Positions 61,351-64,000 of a stretch of 64,000 nucleotides of DNA are shown piece after piece; within the stretch, counting starts at the first letter, position 1, and each line of letters opens with the position of its first letter. The translations under genes were made by a program, and so were the position numbers. The stretch is taken from the NCBI GenBank assembly GCA_963707985.1, contig CAVPRW010000029.1, forward strand, positions 64,001 to 128,000, read 5' to 3'. The notes below the pieces were generated by a model. It was given only the letters and a program-made list of their open reading frames with translations. It was not told the DNA's origin and did no database searches. Origin of the DNA: an uncultured Nitrospinota bacterium. Lineage in GTDB: Bacteria; Tectomicrobia; Entotheonellia; J063; CAVPRW01.

Positions 61351-62356
61351 ATATGACTTCCGATGTCAAGGGTTGGGAGCAACTTTTGTACGTCCGCATC
61401 ATATTTTTTCCCTTTCTCTATCGGAAGAGCCGGAGCCAGTACGACACGACGGTTGATCACGCTGATAGCCGTGGGGTGGGTCCCACCTGACTGGCATCCG
61501 TCGGGTGCCGGCCGCAATCTAGGGACGAGAGTGCCTGTCGGCCTCATCACGCCGCCGAGGGTGACACCAAACCGGGGCTGCGTCTCTTCCGATACAGGTT
61601 GGACCCCTTGCACTTGTGCGTCAACACACCGCCCTCTGGATGCGTTCGGTGACCCGGCCACCTGCTTGGCCATGGCCCACATGAAGGCACTGCAGTCGCG
61701 GGCCATGGCGACGACGACCTGAGGGGCATGTTGGCCTGTGGCCATGAGCTGGCGATACCGCGTACAGAGCCGGACCTGGGCCTTCCAACTGATGGCTTGG
61801 ATCGCGGTGGGGAGCTTTTCCAGGCGCAGTTGCCGGTGTCGCCTGACGTTGGCCGGATACCGGTCGGCCCAGGCCCCTTCGACCAGGGCACGACGGGCAT
61901 GGGTAGTCCCCGTCTGGGTCATCCCGCCCTGTTGACGCCGCCCGCCACTGGCATAGTCTGAGGGCGTCAGCCCCAGATCAGTCATCAGCTGTCGAGGGTG
62001 CGCAACGCGTGTCAGGTCTCCCAGTTCCGCCACGGTGGTCACGGCCACCGTAACCTGGACCCCGCGCAGGGCCTGGAGGGCCTCGACCACCGGAGCGAAG
62101 CGCCAGGTTTTGACCTGCTCGTGGAGTGCGAGTTCCAGACGTCCGAGACGTGCCGTCTGTGCGGTGACGGTCTGGACGTATTCCTGAACGACGATCTGCT
62201 GTGCCGGTGTGGGACACACCACCTCGCTGAGCCAGCGCCGGTGGGCGGGACTCCAGGTGGCCCGCCCCGTCGAGCGGATATCGTGCCGCAGCCACAACGC
62301 GTTCAGACGCAGCTTGGCCGCCTGGAGATCCCGGAGGGTATCTTCCCGCGCCCGAC
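61350..62356 (-). mobile_element. 5'-truncated IS110-family element (C-terminal half of transposase plus downstream non-coding end)
   Basis: RARED...LQALRGV....[12 protein letters not shown]...PRQLM..LGLTPS..ASG.RR.QG..T.TG...[10 protein letters not shown]...KAQ.RLC.RY...VVAMAR....F.WA. The N-terminal RuvC/DEDD domain is missing. Confidence 0.88.
61352..61620 (-). ncRNA. Candidate IS110 bridge/seek RNA region
   Basis: About 270-nt segment between the transposase end and the element terminus, with structured-looking motifs CCTAGA..GGC..GACGGA..AGTCAGGTGG..CCCACGG.TATCAGCGTGATCAACCGTCG and a terminal outward TTGACA. Confidence 0.5.
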
Positions 62357-62583
62357 TCCTGAAGCGCTTCACCCACGCTTTACACGAGGTGTTTGCCTTC
62401 GGGCCTTCCAAGAAGCACATGATCCGGCGCCAATGGGGGCGATTCGCGCCCACACCTTTCTTGAAGCATCGAGCGGATGAGGTCCTGCGGAACATGCCCG
62501 TGCGGTCAACCTGAAAAAACTTGAGGACCGAGTGTACACATACTCCTCTTGGCACGCTTCCACGTATAACCAGGAGGACCGTC

Positions 62584-63290
62584 ATGAACCTTACAGCTAT
62601 ATTCTGCCCCAATCTGGCGTGCCCTGTCAGAGACCAAGCCGGCAACGGGAATATCGGTGTCCATTCACGTCATGACCCACGGTTCATCTCTCGGCAGTGC
62701 CGTAAGACCTTCACTACTATGACAGGCACTGCATTCTACCGGCTGCGCACCTCGGTAGAGATGGTAGTCATCGTTGTCGCTATACTGACTGGCTCATGGC
62801 TCTCCCCTGCAAGCGATCGTTGCCGCCCTTGGCTGTTATGAGCGGCCGGTGACCGATTGGTGGGCGCGGGAAGGCCGACAGGGCCAGGCGGTGCAAGCGC
62901 ACCTCGGCGAGGACCCTCGCGACTGAGGGCAGGTGCAAGCCGGTGAAATTCGCGTCAAGCCACAGGGCGGAATCGTGTGGATGGCGCTGGCCCTGATGGT
63001 CAAGATGCGCTTGTGGCTGGGCGGCGCGTGATCGAACGGGGCGGCCGCTGTGCCGCACACCGTCCGCTGTTGGTCTGCACTGATGGGTTGTGCTCCTCTA
63101 TCCGGGCCATTCGCACGACCTTTCACGACCCAGTGCATGCGAGCACCAAGGAGCGCCTCCGGTTGCGTCCTTGGCGCAACGTCTGCATGGCGCAGGTCGT
63201 GAAGCGCTACCTACAACGGCGCATCGTCGACGTCGAGCGCCGCAACGTGCCGGTACGCTCGTATGCGTCGAGACGCTCAGACGCCGCGCC
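62584..63290 (+). mobile_element. IS1-like transposase pseudogene
   Basis: [14 protein letters not shown]...R(F).S.QC.KTFT...GT.FY.LRT zinc-finger N-terminus; later LLVCTDGL.S...AI..TF..P...AQVVKRY..RR.V.VERR. Frameshifted. Confidence 0.7.
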
Positions 63291-64000
63291 AGTCCGAGGT
63301 ACGGCTGTCCAGCGACCTCTGCGGTCACGGGCTCCTGCCGCTCGAACCCTTCCGCGATCAGCTCTGGAGAACCACCGGGTTGAGGCCGCTGGATGACCGT
63401 CACGGCTTGCGCTCCCGTCCATACCGGCGCCAGGTCGTCGGCCAAGACCACTGGCGGCAGTGGGCTCTCCGACAACGGGCACAAGTCATCATCACCTCCC
63501 GCCTGGAGAAAGGCTCGAGTCTCCAGGGCAGCCATCTCACAATCGCCCACATACAACAGCCCGCGCTGCCCCAGGCCCTCCCGCACACGCATGATGGCTG
63601 GGATGTACAAGGGGGGTCAGCAGCCCGCTGGCCCGGGACGACGTCCGTCGCCACGGGCATACCCAAGGGATCCAGGGCCGACACCATGATCGTGACCTGC
63701 GGCAGGTCGGGCCGATGGTCTTGGCTATGGTCAAACTGAAACCACCCGTCTTCTGTCACCGTCCAGTGCCCGTTAGCGGTGGTACTATCCAGGCGAACGC
63801 AGGTGGCTCCCAGGTTATACACGCGCAATGTGTGGTGATTCAGCGCACCCTCCGAAAGCGTTCCAGCCGGCATCGCCGCTCAGAGCCTCCCGCACGGCCT
63901 CCAGGCGGTCGTCACTGACATGCAGCGGGTGGACCGATTGTCCCGCACAGCTGCGCAGGGTATGGAGGCACTGCTCCGCCCAGGGTTTGAGGTAGTTCAG
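63290..64000 (-). mobile_element. IS1634/IS4-superfamily transposase pseudogene
   Basis: VRLDSTT...FQF.HS.DHRPDLPQV......LDPLG.P..T.VV.GQ.A.DP.YIP.I...GLLYVGDC.M. Frameshifted and runs off the window. Confidence 0.75.

Noticed and set aside
60951..62645. 564-aa ORF that looks like an IS110 transposase-HicB fusion
   Set aside because: Chance read-through across an unrelated fragment, a truncated IS110, its non-coding end, an attC site and hicB. hicB has its own RBS and ATG at 61178.

Overview
GC-rich bacterial chromosomal window. The gene content (LLM oxidoreductase, family-5 ABC transporter, NRPS, F420-type PPOX, decayed IS elements) is reminiscent of Candidatus Tectomicrobia/Entotheonella relatives, which is my inference only. 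Many conserved genes are broken by single-base frameshifts that look like long-read errors. From left to right: an MFS 5' end; a secreted creatininase-like gene; a CoA-disulfide-reductase/NADH-oxidase flavoprotein whose catalytic Cys codon is an in-frame TGA followed by a SECIS-like hairpin (likely selenoprotein, missed by the ORF track); a tightly coupled rtcB - COG0523 metallochaperone GTPase - archease operon; a heptad-repeat protein; a dpp/opp ABC transporter; a two-gene NRPS (oxalate-CoA-ligase-like starter-T-C-A-T + C-A(Gly)-T-TE) flanked by IS remnants; an MksBEF-like SMC trio without the JetD/MksG nuclease; mrpA-G; queC; spoVG-trmJ; an M50 protease; pilMNOPQ-aroB plus an invasin-like Ig lipoprotein; a FlgO-like lipoprotein pair; moaDE; isobutyryl-CoA-mutase-type icmA with a thiolase; tusA, LLM, M48, RraA and PPOX genes. 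The right end holds an integrase-less attC cassette cluster (decayed SIR2 gene, hicBA). Each of its two attC sites is interrupted exactly at the AAC/GTT core by a different mobile element: a tyrosine-recombinase + IS91-type transposase element with attC-like ends, and an IS110 with a candidate bridge RNA. The strongest candidates for an undescribed system are (i) the RtcB-archease module with an embedded metallochaperone and an adjacent seleno-flavoprotein, (ii) the attC-targeting Int+Y2 element, and (iii) the oxalyl-primed NRPS. All calls are by eye; no searches were run.
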